Positions 1 to 10,320 are shown, counted from the stretch's first letter. The stretch is DNA of 64,000 nt from an uncultured delta proteobacterium (GCA_963755715.1 CAVWLW010000044.1:1-64000); one strand, 5' to 3'. Notes: generated from the letters alone by a model not told the origin. Translations and numbers: made by a program.

Positions 1-47
1 GACCGCAATCTTGTTCCTCCAGCGTTGCTGTGCGAAATTAGCGCGGC

Positions 48-1190
48 ATGAACGCCGCCAAAACTTTTCATCGCCGAGGTATCGTCGAAGGTTTTTTCGG
101 TCCGCTGTGGTCGATGGCACACCGGCGGCGGCTGTTCGCGTTCGGCGCGGAACGGGGGATGAATACTTATCTCTATGCGCCAAAAGACGACCCCTATCAT
201 CGAAAGCTATGGCGACAACCTTACCCCCCTTCGCAATGGCATGAGCTACTAAGTTTGATTCGAGCTGCACAAACGCAGCGAATCGATTTCGTCTACGGTT
301 TTCACCCCGGCGAGGGATTGTACTTCGGCGACGATCGCGCCGTTGGTATTCTCCTGCGCAAAGCACGGCGCTTTTACGACGCTGGTGTGCGCACCTTCGC
401 CGTCCTGTTCGACGATATCCCGTCGGAGCTTACCGATCCACGCGACCGGCGCGCATTCAAGAACAGTCTGGCCCGTGCCGAAGGGACTTGGATGGCCAAA
501 ATCATCGCCGCCCAGCCGGCGAGCTGGAGCGCCGTCGAGTGGTGGATTTGTCCTTCTTATTACAGCGAAGATGTTCTGCTCGAACGGGTCTTCGGCCAAT
601 TCGAACCGGAGTTTCTCGAAACTTTGGCGCAATATCTGCCGCCAAACATCCCCTGCTTCTGGACCGGGCCGTCGGTGGTTTCAAAAAGCATCACACTCGC
701 CCACGCACGGCGCGTCGCCAAGAAGATTCAGCGACCGCTGCTCCTGTGGGACAACTATCCGGTCAACGACCTGTCCATGCGCGACGAGTTACATATCGGC
801 CCACTCACCGGCCGCGATCCGCGCTTGCCGGATGCAGTCTACAGCTATCTGAACAATCCGTCGCTGCAGGAAGAGTTGAGTTTTATCCCGTTGGCAACGT
901 GCTTTGACTACGCCCATGCGCCGGCCAATTACCGAGCGGAATCGTCCTGGACAAAAATCGTTCGCCAGCGCTTCGGCGCCGAGGCGTTACCTCATTGGCG
1001 AGCGCTCAGGAGTTATGCTGAGGCGAGCATCACCGCCAAAAAAGATAAACGCGTGCTGCAACTAACACCAATCGAGAAGCGCCGACTGCAGTCGGCATTC
1101 GCCTACGTCGAACGAAATCGCGGTCGACGCTGGGTGAAAGAATTAGCACCGTGGCGCGCGGCCATAGTGAAACTGATTTCAGGTTTGTGA
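48..1190 (+). CDS. GH84 beta-N-acetylglucosaminidase (O-GlcNAcase/hyaluronidase family), catalytic domain only, no signal peptide
   Basis: Motifs RGIVEGFFG, YLYAPKDDPYHR, catalytic FAVLFDDI, FWTGP, LWDNYPVND. Confidence 0.92.
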   Translation: MNAAKTFHRRGIVEGFFGPLWSMAHRRRLFAFGAERGMNTYLYAPKDDPYHRKLWRQPYPPSQWHELLSLIRAAQTQRIDFVYGFHPGEGLYFGDDRAVGILLRKARRFYDAGVRTFAVLFDDIPSELTDPRDRRAFKNSLARAEGTWMAKIIAAQPASWSAVEWWICPSYYSEDVLLERVFGQFEPEFLETLAQYLPPNIPCFWTGPSVVSKSITLAHARRVAKKIQRPLLLWDNYPVNDLSMRDELHIGPLTGRDPRLPDAVYSYLNNPSLQEELSFIPLATCFDYAHAPANYRAESSWTKIVRQRFGAEALPHWRALRSYAEASITAKKDKRVLQLTPIEKRRLQSAFAYVERNRGRRWVKELAPWRAAIVKLISGL

Positions 1191-1273
1191 CGGGTGGCGA
1201 TATGCATTAAATCAAGTAGAATAAATTCTTCGTGAATTGAATCGGTAAAGAATTTTTCGCGACAAATGCCCAA

Positions 1274-2696
1274 ATGCCGACGATGATCTCCAGTGCAACT
1301 GCCAGTTCTCTCCCGACCATGGACGTGCGCCAATTGATCGCAACCATGCGCGAGTTCCGTAGCCGCTTGCTCAGCCTGGTCGCCGACCTTGACGACGAGC
1401 AAATGATCGGCCCGCGCATCTCGATCGTCAATCCGCCGCTCTGGGAGATCGGCCATGTGGCGTGGACTCAGGAGTTCTGGGTGCTGCGCCACATGCGTAA
1501 CGAAAAGCCACTGCTGGAAAACGGCGACCGTCTTTACAACTCCACCGATGTCGCCCACGACACCCGTTGGGAGCTCTTGTTGCCGACGCGAGCGAGCACC
1601 CTCGCCTACATGAACGAAGTGCTCGAGCGTTGCGTCGCGCGCATCGACAACGCCAAAGAATTGTCCACCGATGAATTTTACTTCTACTGGTTGACGACCT
1701 TCCACGAAGGCATGCATGCCGAAGCGCTGGCCTACACGCGCCAGACTCTAGGCTATTCGGCGCCGGTCATCCAAGGCGAGCCGGCGGCCGCCGTCGATGG
1801 CGGCTCTCGTCTCGGTGACGTCGAGATCCCCGGTGGCAAATACTTGATCGGCGCGACCAAGGACTTTCCCTTTCGTCTTCGACAACGAGAAGTGGGCCCA
1901 TGAGGTCATGCTCAAACCTTTTCGCATCGCCCGGGCACCGGTCACCAACGGTGAGTTTCTCGAATTCGTCGAAGCGGGCGGCTACCGCGAGCGCCGCTTC
2001 TGGAGCGACGAGGGTTGGCACTGGCTCGAATCCGGCGGTTCGCCCCAGCTGGAAAAATCCTTCGCCAAGTTTTTCAACAAAACTCATAACGAACCGATAG
2101 AATTGAGCGCATTCAACGAACGACTCGACTGTCCGGTTTATTGGAGGGGCGAAGCGAATGGCCGCTGGCTTCAACGCATTTATGACCAATACCTCCCACT
2201 GAATGAAAATCTGCCCATCGTTCATGTGAGTTGGTATGAAGCCGAGGCGTTTTGCAATTGGGCCGGGCGTCGTCTTCCCAGCGAAACGGAATGGGAGGCT
2301 GCCGCTTCAGCCGAACCGAACGGCGGGCTCACCGGATCGCCTGAGCGCCGCTATTTTCCGTGGGGCGACGTAGCGCCAACTCCTGAACACGCCAATCTCG
2401 ATTGGCATAAGTCCGGCGTCGTCGAGGTCGGTGCTTACGCTGCCGGCGACAGCGCCTTCGGCTGCCGCCAGATGATCGGCAACATCTGGGAGTGGACCGC
2501 CGATGATTTTCAACCTTATCCGGGATTTATCATCGACCCCTACAAGGAATACTCAAAGCCCTGGTTCGGCACGCACAAAGTCCTGCGCGGCGGCTGCTGG
2601 GCGACTTCCTCGTTGCTCATTCGCAATACCTGGAGAAATTTTTATACTCCCGACCGGCGCGACGTCTGGGCCGGTTTCCGCACCTGCGCAAAATAA
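1274..2696 (+). CDS. senA: Selenoneine synthase SenA (EgtB-like DinB + FGE-sulfatase domain); joined across a frameshift at ~1870
   Basis: NPPLWEIGHVAW and HEGMHAE iron-binding His motifs; removing one T from ccctttc restores FVFDNEKWAH; C-terminal RLPSETEWE, GNIWEW, RGGCW, GFR; directly followed by senB. Confidence 0.85.
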
Positions 2697-2704
2697 TCTG
2701 CGGC

Positions 2705-3656
2705 ATGAATATACAGCTCGTCACGCCGGCGCCGCTGAAACTCAACAACGGCAATAAAATTACCGCCGTCCGTTGGGCCGGCATTTTCAAGAAACTTGGA
2801 CACCGGGTGCGCGTCACGCAAAACTATGACGGCAAACCTTGCGACGTGCTCATCGCGCTTCATGCCCGCCGCAGCGCCGACTCCATCCGCCGCTTTCACG
2901 AGTTGCATCCAGGGCTCCCGCTGATCGTGGTTCTCACCGGCACAGACATTTATCGCGACATTCGGCACGATCTAAAATGCTCAACGATCGCTTGAGATTG
3001 CGAGCCGTCTTGTCGTGCTGCAAAAAATGGCTTTACGTGAAATTCCGAAGCCTTTACGGCGGAAAACCCGAGTCATTTATCAATCGGCCGAGCCGATTCG
3101 AGCAAGCCGATCCCGCGCCAACGGCATCTTTGACGTTTGCGTCGTCGGTCATTTACGCGGCGAGAAAGATCCTTTGCGCGCAGCAATGGCGGTACGCGAT
3201 CTGCCATCGCAGTCGCGTATTCAGGTCACCCATATCGGTCTCGCTCTGGATCCGCGGCTGGAAAAAACCGCAAAGCAAGAAATCAGACGCAACCCGCGTT
3301 ATCGTTGGATCGGTCAGCTTTCACATGGAAAAACTCGCCAACGCTTGGCGCGCAGTGACCTCGTTTGCATTACGTCCAAGATGGAAGGCAGTTCCAACGT
3401 TTTGTCGGAGGCGCTGGCATCGCGGGTGCCGGTTGTGGCTTCGAGGATTTCAGGACTGATGGGCACTCTCGGCAATCGTTTTCCAGGCTATTTTCCGGTT
3501 GGCGACACCGAGCGACTGAAAGCACTATTGCTAAAGGCGGAATCGCAACCTAAATTTTACCGTGACTTGACTCGTTATTGCGCGCGTCTATCGGATCGGG
3601 TCAAGCCCAAGCGCGAGATCGAGGCTTGGCGCCGGCTCCTCGCGCAATTTGCTTGA
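2705..3656 (+). CDS. senB: Selenosugar synthase SenB (GT-B glycosyltransferase, TIGR04348-like); joined across a frameshift at ~2975
   Basis: NNGNKITAVRW, IALHARRSA, VVLTGTDIYRD, GHLRGEKDP, EGSSNVLSEA; extra A in ctaaaatg. Confidence 0.88.
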
Positions 3657-3676
3657 GGTATCAGAGGCGAAATGAA

Positions 3677-4930
3677 TCACTCCCGCCGCTCTTCTTGAAT
3701 CCACGGCTTGACCCACGGCAAGAGCAAATAGGCCGGCATCGAGAGCAGAAAAGTGATCGCAAAGTAGTCGCCGAAACCGAATTTTTCCGCGCCCAAGCCG
3801 CTGATCCCGCCGATCAACCGTCCGGTAAGAGAAAATACCGAAGAGAGAAACGCGTACTGGACGGTCGCGTGTTCCTTTTGGCAGACATTCATGAGAAACG
3901 CCAGAAATGCCGCGGTGCCGAGCCCGCCGCTGAAAGATTCGAACATGGACGCGCCGTAGAGGCCGAAGCGGCCGAGATCGAACCACTCCACCAGGGAGTA
4001 GCTGAGATTGGATACCGCTTGAAGCAAACCGAGAAACCACACGCCGTGAAAGATTCCGTAACGCGTGATGAACGCGCCGCCGATTAAGGCGCCCACGATG
4101 CTAAGTACGATACCGAAAGTGGTCGGAAACAAACCGATCTGAAACATCAGCTCTTCCGGCACCGGCCAGATCGTCTTGCCGTAATCGACCCAAAACGGTT
4201 TGACCATCGGTCCGATGGCAAACTCGCCGAGTTTATAAGTCAGGACAAATAAAACCAGCGGAATTACGCGCCAGGTGCCGGCCCAGCCGATAAATCCTTT
4301 CCACCAATGCCCTCGCGCTTCCTCCGGCAGACTCTGGCGCGGAATCCTCAGCGCGGCGAAGCCCAAGAGCGCAAAGATTACACTGGCCAAAATGAACAAC
4401 GAATTCCACTGCAAAACCGCCGCGAGAAAAACCAAGCCGCCGCCGGCGCACACCAGCGCCACCCGATACGCCGATGCCCGGACGCCGTTGGCCGCGCCTT
4501 CTTCCTCGCGAGTGATCAATCCAACCGAATAAGAATCGATGGCGATATCCTGCGTCGCAGACATCGTCGTCAACGCGAGAATCAGAAGCAAAACAATGAT
4601 CCCGACGGCCGCAACGTTCACGAACGGCAGAACAAAAAGAACGGTGGCGATGCCGAGCATGCATGCCAGCACCCAAACGCGCCGATCGCCATAACGATGC
4701 ACGAGCGGCGACCAGAACACTTTGAGCGAATAGGGTAATTCCAGCAACCGCAGTCCGCCAATCGCCCGCAGCGAAACCCCATGCAGGCGAAAGTAAACCG
4801 GCAGCACTTCCCATAAGATCGCCGCCGGCGCGCCTTGAATGAAATAGAGCAGCGCCACGATGCCGAGTTTTTTTCGCGACGCCGGCGAATTTCCGCTTAC
4901 TCCTAAAAATTTCCAAATCCAAGAATACAT
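3677..4930 (-). CDS. AmpG-family MFS permease
   Basis: LPYSLKVFWSPLV, SATQDIAIDSY, ATVQYAFLSS; about 12 hydrophobic segments. Confidence 0.85.
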   Translation of the reverse strand: MYSWIWKFLGVSGNSPASRKKLGIVALLYFIQGAPAAILWEVLPVYFRLHGVSLRAIGGLRLLELPYSLKVFWSPLVHRYGDRRVWVLACMLGIATVLFVLPFVNVAAVGIIVLLLILALTTMSATQDIAIDSYSVGLITREEEGAANGVRASAYRVALVCAGGGLVFLAAVLQWNSLFILASVIFALLGFAALRIPRQSLPEEARGHWWKGFIGWAGTWRVIPLVLFVLTYKLGEFAIGPMVKPFWVDYGKTIWPVPEELMFQIGLFPTTFGIVLSIVGALIGGAFITRYGIFHGVWFLGLLQAVSNLSYSLVEWFDLGRFGLYGASMFESFSGGLGTAAFLAFLMNVCQKEHATVQYAFLSSVFSLTGRLIGGISGLGAEKFGFGDYFAITFLLSMPAYLLLPWVKPWIQEERRE

Positions 4931-4998
4931 AGTTCACGTTTATAGAGACAAACCGGAAAACTTTCTAGGGTACGAGGGTGTGAAACCAACTGAGAAAC

Positions 4999-5736
4999 TT
5001 AAACCATCGCCGAAACGTTAACTTTTTTGTTGACAGGCGATGCTCGGTTCACCCGCGAAACTTTGCGTTTCATGAGCTCGGTTTTGCATCGAGCAGCCAA
5101 CGCGCAAACCAAGGTAGCCAACGCTGCGCCGACCAACTGGGCGGCGACAAAAAGCGGTACGCTGCGTGGTGAGATTCCGGCAAAGGTGTCGGTCATTGCG
5201 CGCGCAAACGTCACGGCGGGATTGGCAAAAGATGTGGACGATGTGAACCAATAAGCGCTCGTGATGAAGGCAGCGACGATCATCGGGATCGCCTCGCTGC
5301 GGTATCGCAGCGCGAGTAATATAACCATTACCAAGCCGAACGTCGCGATCGCTTCGCCTAAGCCTTCGCCGAGCGTCGGTCGCAGGTGCACCGAGAATTG
5401 AACGATCGGCAGTCCAAACATCGCGTGCGCCGCGGCGACACCGAGCAAAGCGCCGCCGAACTGGGCCAGTACATAGACGACGCAGCGGTCGCGCGAGAGC
5501 CGCCCCTCCCAAACGCTCACGGCGGAAACAACCGGATTGAAGTGCGCGCCTGAAATCGGTCCAAAGACGATGATCAATGTGTAGAGTCCGGCGCCCGTGG
5601 CGATGGAATTAGCCAGCAAGGCGATCGCCGGGTTCCCTTGAGCCAGCCGCTCGCCCATGATGCCGGAGCCCACCACGATCGCCAGCAGGAGCGCTGTTCC
5701 GATAGTCTCCGCTGCGACTGCTCTGCCAAGCGTCAT
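4999..5736 (-). CDS. MIP/aquaglyceroporin, AqpS-like arsenite channel
   Basis: SGAHFNPVV and SFANPAVT NPA boxes; overlaps the arsC stop. Confidence 0.9.
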   Translation of the reverse strand: MTLGRAVAAETIGTALLLAIVVGSGIMGERLAQGNPAIALLANSIATGAGLYTLIIVFGPISGAHFNPVVSAVSVWEGRLSRDRCVVYVLAQFGGALLGVAAAHAMFGLPIVQFSVHLRPTLGEGLGEAIATFGLVMVILLALRYRSEAIPMIVAAFITSAYWFTSSTSFANPAVTFARAMTDTFAGISPRSVPLFVAAQLVGAALATLVCALAARCKTELMKRKVSRVNRASPVNKKVNVSAMV

Positions 5737-6230
5737 TGCGTGCGACCGATCTGGTCCAGTTTCTCCTTAAGCGCGAGACCGCTGAGTGTGTCGAGCGGGA
5801 GATTGATAAACAGCGATATGCGCCGATGTAGCTCCGTATACGCTTTAAGAAAAGCTCTCCGCTTGTCTTCATCGCTGCCTTGAACTGCCGCTGGGTCATG
5901 AACACCCCAGTGCGCTGTCATCGGTTGCCCGGGCCAGACCGGACAAGGTTCCGCCGCCGCTTGATCACACACGGTGAACACGAAATGCATAAACGGCGCG
6001 CCCGGCCGGGAGAACTCGCTCCAGTCCTTGCTGCGCAGTCCTTGGGTGGAGAGACGATTTTTTTCGATGAGCTCCAATGCAAGAGGATTCACCGTCCCCG
6101 CTGGATGGCTCCCCGCGCTGAATGCTTTGAACTTATTCTTTCCGAGAGCGTTGAGCATCGCCTCCGCCAAAATGCTGCGCGCCGAATTGCCGGTGCACAG
6201 AAACAGAACGTTAAACGGTTCGTTTGCCAT
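5733..6230 (-). CDS. arsC: Arsenate reductase, LMW-PTP family
   Basis: VLFLCTGNSARS P-loop, VCDQAAAEPCP, HWGVHDPA; GGAG RBS ahead of ATG 6230. Confidence 0.92.
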   Translation of the reverse strand: MANEPFNVLFLCTGNSARSILAEAMLNALGKNKFKAFSAGSHPAGTVNPLALELIEKNRLSTQGLRSKDWSEFSRPGAPFMHFVFTVCDQAAAEPCPVWPGQPMTAHWGVHDPAAVQGSDEDKRRAFLKAYTELHRRISLFINLPLDTLSGLALKEKLDQIGRTQ

Positions 6231-6262
6231 AATAATCTCCTTCAAGCGCAGCAGGCGGCGGA

Positions 6263-6688
6263 TTAGCCGACTGGATATTGTGGTCGGGTGGTGCAGCAAA
6301 CAGTCGGGCGGTCCATGCCTACCTCCTCTTCCGTTTTGGGTTTCGTTTGCGGAGGACAACAGCGCCCCAGCGCCGTTTCGACAACCGTGAGACACTCCTG
6401 CGGCATGCCCCGACAGCAATTCTGCGTGAGAAAAGTCATGAGCTCGGCCATACGTCCGAAGTCTACCGCGTAGTAGATGAATTGCTTTTCCTGTCGCGCG
6501 GAAACGAGAGAAGCACGACTAAGTTCTTTCAAATGGAAGGACAACGTCGCTCCAGGAACATTCAGCTTTTCACCGATACGACCGGCCGCCATTCCTTGGG
6601 GTCCTGCCTCAACCAGCAGACGATAGATCGAGAGCCGCGTTTCCTGGGCGAGCGCGGCGAGCGCAGTGACAGCCGTTTTTATTTCCAT
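6263..6688 (-). CDS. arsR: ArsR/SmtB repressor with C-terminal Cys-Cys; the true stop may be at ~6319 (see findings)
   Basis: ALAQETRLSIYRLL, ATLSFHLKEL HTH, FLTQNCC. Confidence 0.92.
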   Translation of the reverse strand: MEIKTAVTALAALAQETRLSIYRLLVEAGPQGMAAGRIGEKLNVPGATLSFHLKELSRASLVSARQEKQFIYYAVDFGRMAELMTFLTQNCCRGMPQECLTVVETALGRCCPPQTKPKTEEEVGMDRPTVCCTTRPQYPVG

Positions 6689-6709
6689 ATTTCCACTATC
6701 ATCGAAATA
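6688..6709. promoter_or_regulatory. Probable ArsR operator
   Basis: Inverted repeat TATTTC-N10-GAAATA abutting the arsR start codon. Confidence 0.6.
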
Positions 6710-6813
6710 AGAGTTTCGGCAAGACCCTCGATTTCATATTGCATCGTTTTCATCAGCCTCCATGCGTTCGCTGCAGCGAATCCCTCAAGCCGTATAAAGT
6801 CGACGCTCCCGGC

Positions 6814-6864
6814 CTTCATCGACATTTAATCTCACCGTCACCCGTTGCTAACGCTGTCTTGACT
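6814..6864 (+). promoter_or_regulatory. Pho-box-like 11-bp phased repeats
   Basis: CTTCATC/TTTAATC/CGTCACC/GCTAACG/CTTGACT at 6814, 6825, 6836, 6847, 6858, upstream of a phosphodiesterase. Confidence 0.5.
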
Positions 6865-6907
6865 AAAGACATGCGCGGACAAAATTTCGTTTTTCAAGGA
6901 GGTTTTT

Positions 6908-8940
6908 GTGAAGCATCCCAGAAAAGGCATCGTTTTTCTGCTCTCTGTTCTCTTGTCTCTGTGTGCCAACGGTCGTGTCGAGTCTCGCGACAAAAGCTCT
7001 TCCACGCCCACGATCCTGATTTCCTTTGACGGGGCCCAGCCGCAGGTCATCGAAAAACTGCTCAAGAGCGGCAAGCTGCCCGCGAACGGCGGTTTCGCAA
7101 AACTGATTAGTGAAGGAACTCAGGCGCAAGGCATGACGGCAGTCCTTCCCACCGTGACGGCGACAAACCACATTACGCTCGCCACAGGTGCCTATCCCGA
7201 GCGGACCAATATTCCCGCCAACACCTTTCACCTTACGGACACACCATTGACGGCCACGACAAGCGGTTTCGGCACCGAGATCGAAGCTGAGACACTCTGG
7301 GAAGCCGCCAAGCGTCAAGGCAAGAAGGTTATCACCATCGCTTTCGCCGGCGCCGATGGCCGCGGTGATGCACGGCGCGGTGACCAAACTTTGGGATTCG
7401 GCGTCGTTGACGGCTTCTCTGTGATCAAGTCGATGAACAGCTCGCACTTCGACAGCGCCACAGGCGCCACGTGGAATCTCGGCAGCGAGGTCGCCTGCGA
7501 ATTTAAGAAGGGCAATCTCGGCACGGCGACGGCCAACCAGGTTTTTTTCCGGGCGACCGGCCTGGGGCCAGACGTATTCGTCAACGTGCTCGTCTGCGAC
7601 ACGATCTTCGATGGCCAGGAACGCTACGACACGGCGTTCTTCGACTTTGACAAGAATCTATCGAACGGATTTATCGCGCGCATGCGCGTGGGAGAATGGG
7701 CGCCCTTCGCCCTGCCGTATACGGTTCCCGCCGGACCCGGCCTTTCCGGACTTCGCCAGAGGCAAGGTCGGATCATGGGTCAAGCTGCTCGCCTTTGAGC
7801 CCAGTCTTAGGCTGTTCAATATTTATCTGGGAAACATCGTTCATAACGTCGGCTTTCCCCAGTCCTTCATTAACGAGATTGACAGCACCATCGGTTTTTG
7901 GCCGGCGGAACCGGATTTTTTCAACCTAGAACGCGGTCGGATCGACGAGGCAACCTATATGGAGCAACTGGAGCGCCTGGCGGATTACCTGAAAGACGCC
8001 ATGCTGCTTTCGATCGACAATCACGAGTTCGATCTCTTGATGGGCTATCAAGTGCAGACCGACGAGGCCGGTCATGAGTTCTCGCTCACGGACCCGCGCC
8101 AGACGGCGTTCCAGGACAGCGCCAAGCGCCAGCGTTATGCGGAATATCTAGAACGCTCTTATCAGATCGCCGACCGCAATCTTAAAGAGATCATCGAAGC
8201 CGCTAGCCTGCAAAAAACAAACATCATCGCAGTTTCCGATCACGGCATGGCAGCCCTTCACACCCAGGGATTTCCAAACCGCATTCTTCGCACGGCCGAA
8301 TTGTTGACCGTCACGACCACAAACACGGGAACGGTGGTGGTGGACGGGGCTACCAGCAAAACCAACGCGGTGACAGTCGGCGGCGCTGCGAATATTTATA
8401 TCAACCTTAAAGGGCGCGAACCGACTGGGATCGTCCCGTTGGAACAGTACGAAACGCTTCAGGATGAGATCGTTAAAGTGTTCGAAGCCGTTGAAGCCGC
8501 CGTCGGCAATCCCCCGATCAACGAAAAAGTCTTTGAGATTATTCTAAAGAAACCGCGCCCTACGGATGTGCTGCAGCAAAAGTCAAACTTCAACGGCAAC
8601 AAAAAAGTCTAAAGAGGCGCAGCGGGATTTTCACGCCTTCGGTGAAGACACCGGCGATGTCCTCATAGTATCGCGGGCCGGTTACAATCTTGATTTCAAC
8701 CCTGGCACATTAGCTTCGATCGGCGATTTTTTCCAAGCATCGACGTTCTTTGGCCAGCACGGTTATGATCCGAATCTGCCCGAAATGAAAGCTATCTACT
8801 ACGCGGCAGGTCCTGATATCAAAAAGCGAACTTTGCTCAACGTTGATAATATCGATGTTGCTCCGACAGTCGCCCATCTGCTTGGCATCAAAGCTCCAAG
8901 CGATGCGCAAGGAAAGAAACTCAACAACTCCGTTAAGTAG
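6908..8940 (+). CDS. Secreted alkaline-phosphatase-superfamily nucleotide pyrophosphatase/phosphodiesterase; joined across frameshifts at ~7730 and ~8605
   Basis: Signal peptide; ILISFDG, PTVTATNH (Thr nucleophile), TDEAGH, AVSDHG, GQHGY, DVAPTVAHLLGI. Confidence 0.82.
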
Positions 8941-8954
8941 CCGCATTGCTGCCG

Positions 8955-8987
8955 GAGGCACAGGGCGAACCCCGCTCTGTGCCTTCG
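8955..8987. terminator. Hairpin between convergent genes
   Basis: ggaggcacagggcg-aaccc-cgctctgtgccttc stem with G-U pairs. Confidence 0.5.
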
Positions 8988-9021
8988 GCTCTCGTGCTGA
9001 CAAACTATTTTCTGCGACCCT

Positions 9022-9759
9022 CTACGAAAAGCTCTTTTTGGGTGACTGGACGAGCTTGGCTGGAACGATATCGGCTTTGGGTAGGTTTATATTTCGCTGA
9101 GTGAATTTGTCACCAACGTCTTTTGGCTGACCTTGCAGCGACTGTTTCAAGACTTCTTCTTGCAGCGACGCTTTATCGTTTGTCGTGACCTTTTCCGATT
9201 CGAGAGACGCCGTCTCATCGTTGATAAAGACGCCAGCAGCAAACACCGTGGTCCAGAGACCGTCCTTGTTGCCTATCGTGGACTGCGTCATGTTAGTCGT
9301 ACGGACGATTTTGCCGGACATTTTGAAAAGTTGCTCCCGTTCGTCCCAATCCGACTCGGAATTGAAGTCGATTCCCAACGTGGTCGCCAGCATGCTGGCA
9401 GCCAGATCTTCTGCGTATTCTCCCGCTTTCTCGTCGGTCTCTCCGAAAGAATGATGTTCGGAGAGATACCCATGCATGGAAGGATCGGCGGGAATTGCCA
9501 CGCCGACCGAAGCAGCCATCAGCCGATTGGGCTCGTTGCTGCTTTCCCGATCATAGACGGCAAAAACAATTTCGCCGGGCTTCAGTAGCTTGAGTCCTTC
9601 ATCTTTGGAGATGACTTTACACCCCGGCGGGTAGATGCTCGACACCAGAACTAGATTGCAGTGCGCCAGCCCGGCAACTCGCAACGCCATCTCGAATGAC
9701 GCGAGCTTCTCCTTGTGAACTCCAACTCCTTTGGTGAAAAACATCCTTTTTGGAATCAT
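9022..9759 (-). CDS. pdaD: Pyruvoyl-dependent arginine decarboxylase with a C-terminal extension
   Basis: [31 protein letters not shown] (Ser-Ser cleavage site), GYLSEHH. Confidence 0.9.
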   Translation of the reverse strand: MIPKRMFFTKGVGVHKEKLASFEMALRVAGLAHCNLVLVSSIYPPGCKVISKDEGLKLLKPGEIVFAVYDRESSNEPNRLMAASVGVAIPADPSMHGYLSEHHSFGETDEKAGEYAEDLAASMLATTLGIDFNSESDWDEREQLFKMSGKIVRTTNMTQSTIGNKDGLWTTVFAAGVFINDETASLESEKVTTNDKASLQEEVLKQSLQGQPKDVGDKFTQRNINLPKADIVPAKLVQSPKKSFS

Positions 9760-9829
9760 TTCTAGAAACTTTAGCACGTCTCGACACAAGACAAGAATTT
9801 TTTTAGTTGGCACCATATTTTTCCCGGCG

Positions 9830-10314
9830 GAATGCAAAACCAGATCGAAAGCGCCTTCAAGGCGAGTTAACGCATCCGTGTCACCAACGAGCAGGTTTTT
9901 GAGATCATTCTGAAAAAGCCACTGGCTGCCAGACATCCTGCAAAAGAAATCAAATTTCGCCACCAACAGGGGAAGAAACGGCGCGGCGGCGAAAGAGACT
10001 TTCATCGTTTTCAGTGAAGATACCGGCGATGTTTTGATCGTTACGATACCCGGTTATCAGCTGGACTTTAACGCCGGCACCGGCACGAGCGTCCGGGAGT
10101 TTCTTTGGCCCTTCGACTTTTTTCGGTCAGCACGGATATGACTCGCACCACCTCCGAGATGAAAGCCATATTCTACGGCGCGGGACCAAGCTTTAAATCA
10201 AAGACTGTTAAAGAAGTTATCACCGTCGATGTCGCTATCACCGTCGCTGAGCTGTTCGGCATCGAGCCGCCGACGGATGCGCAAGGAAAAGCGATCAATT
10301 CGGCGATCAAGTGA
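9830..10314 (+). pseudogene. 3' remnant of a paralog of the 6908-8940 phosphodiesterase
   Basis: Encodes [39 protein letters not shown] and PTDAQGK in shifting frames, colinear with ~8460-8940. Confidence 0.8.
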
Positions 10315-10320
10315 ATTCAT

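Noticed and set aside
1274-2696. Plain ergothioneine EgtB
   Set aside because: Direct coupling to a SenB-type glycosyltransferase and the NPPLWEIGH motif favour SenA
1860-2990. Programmed frameshifting in senA and senB
   Set aside because: No slippery heptamer or stimulatory structure; the same extra-base pattern affects unrelated genes throughout the window
9760-10005. 82-aa N-terminal extension of PdaD in the ORF track
   Set aside because: Most of it is the antisense of the phosphodiesterase remnant; homology starts at MIPKRMF
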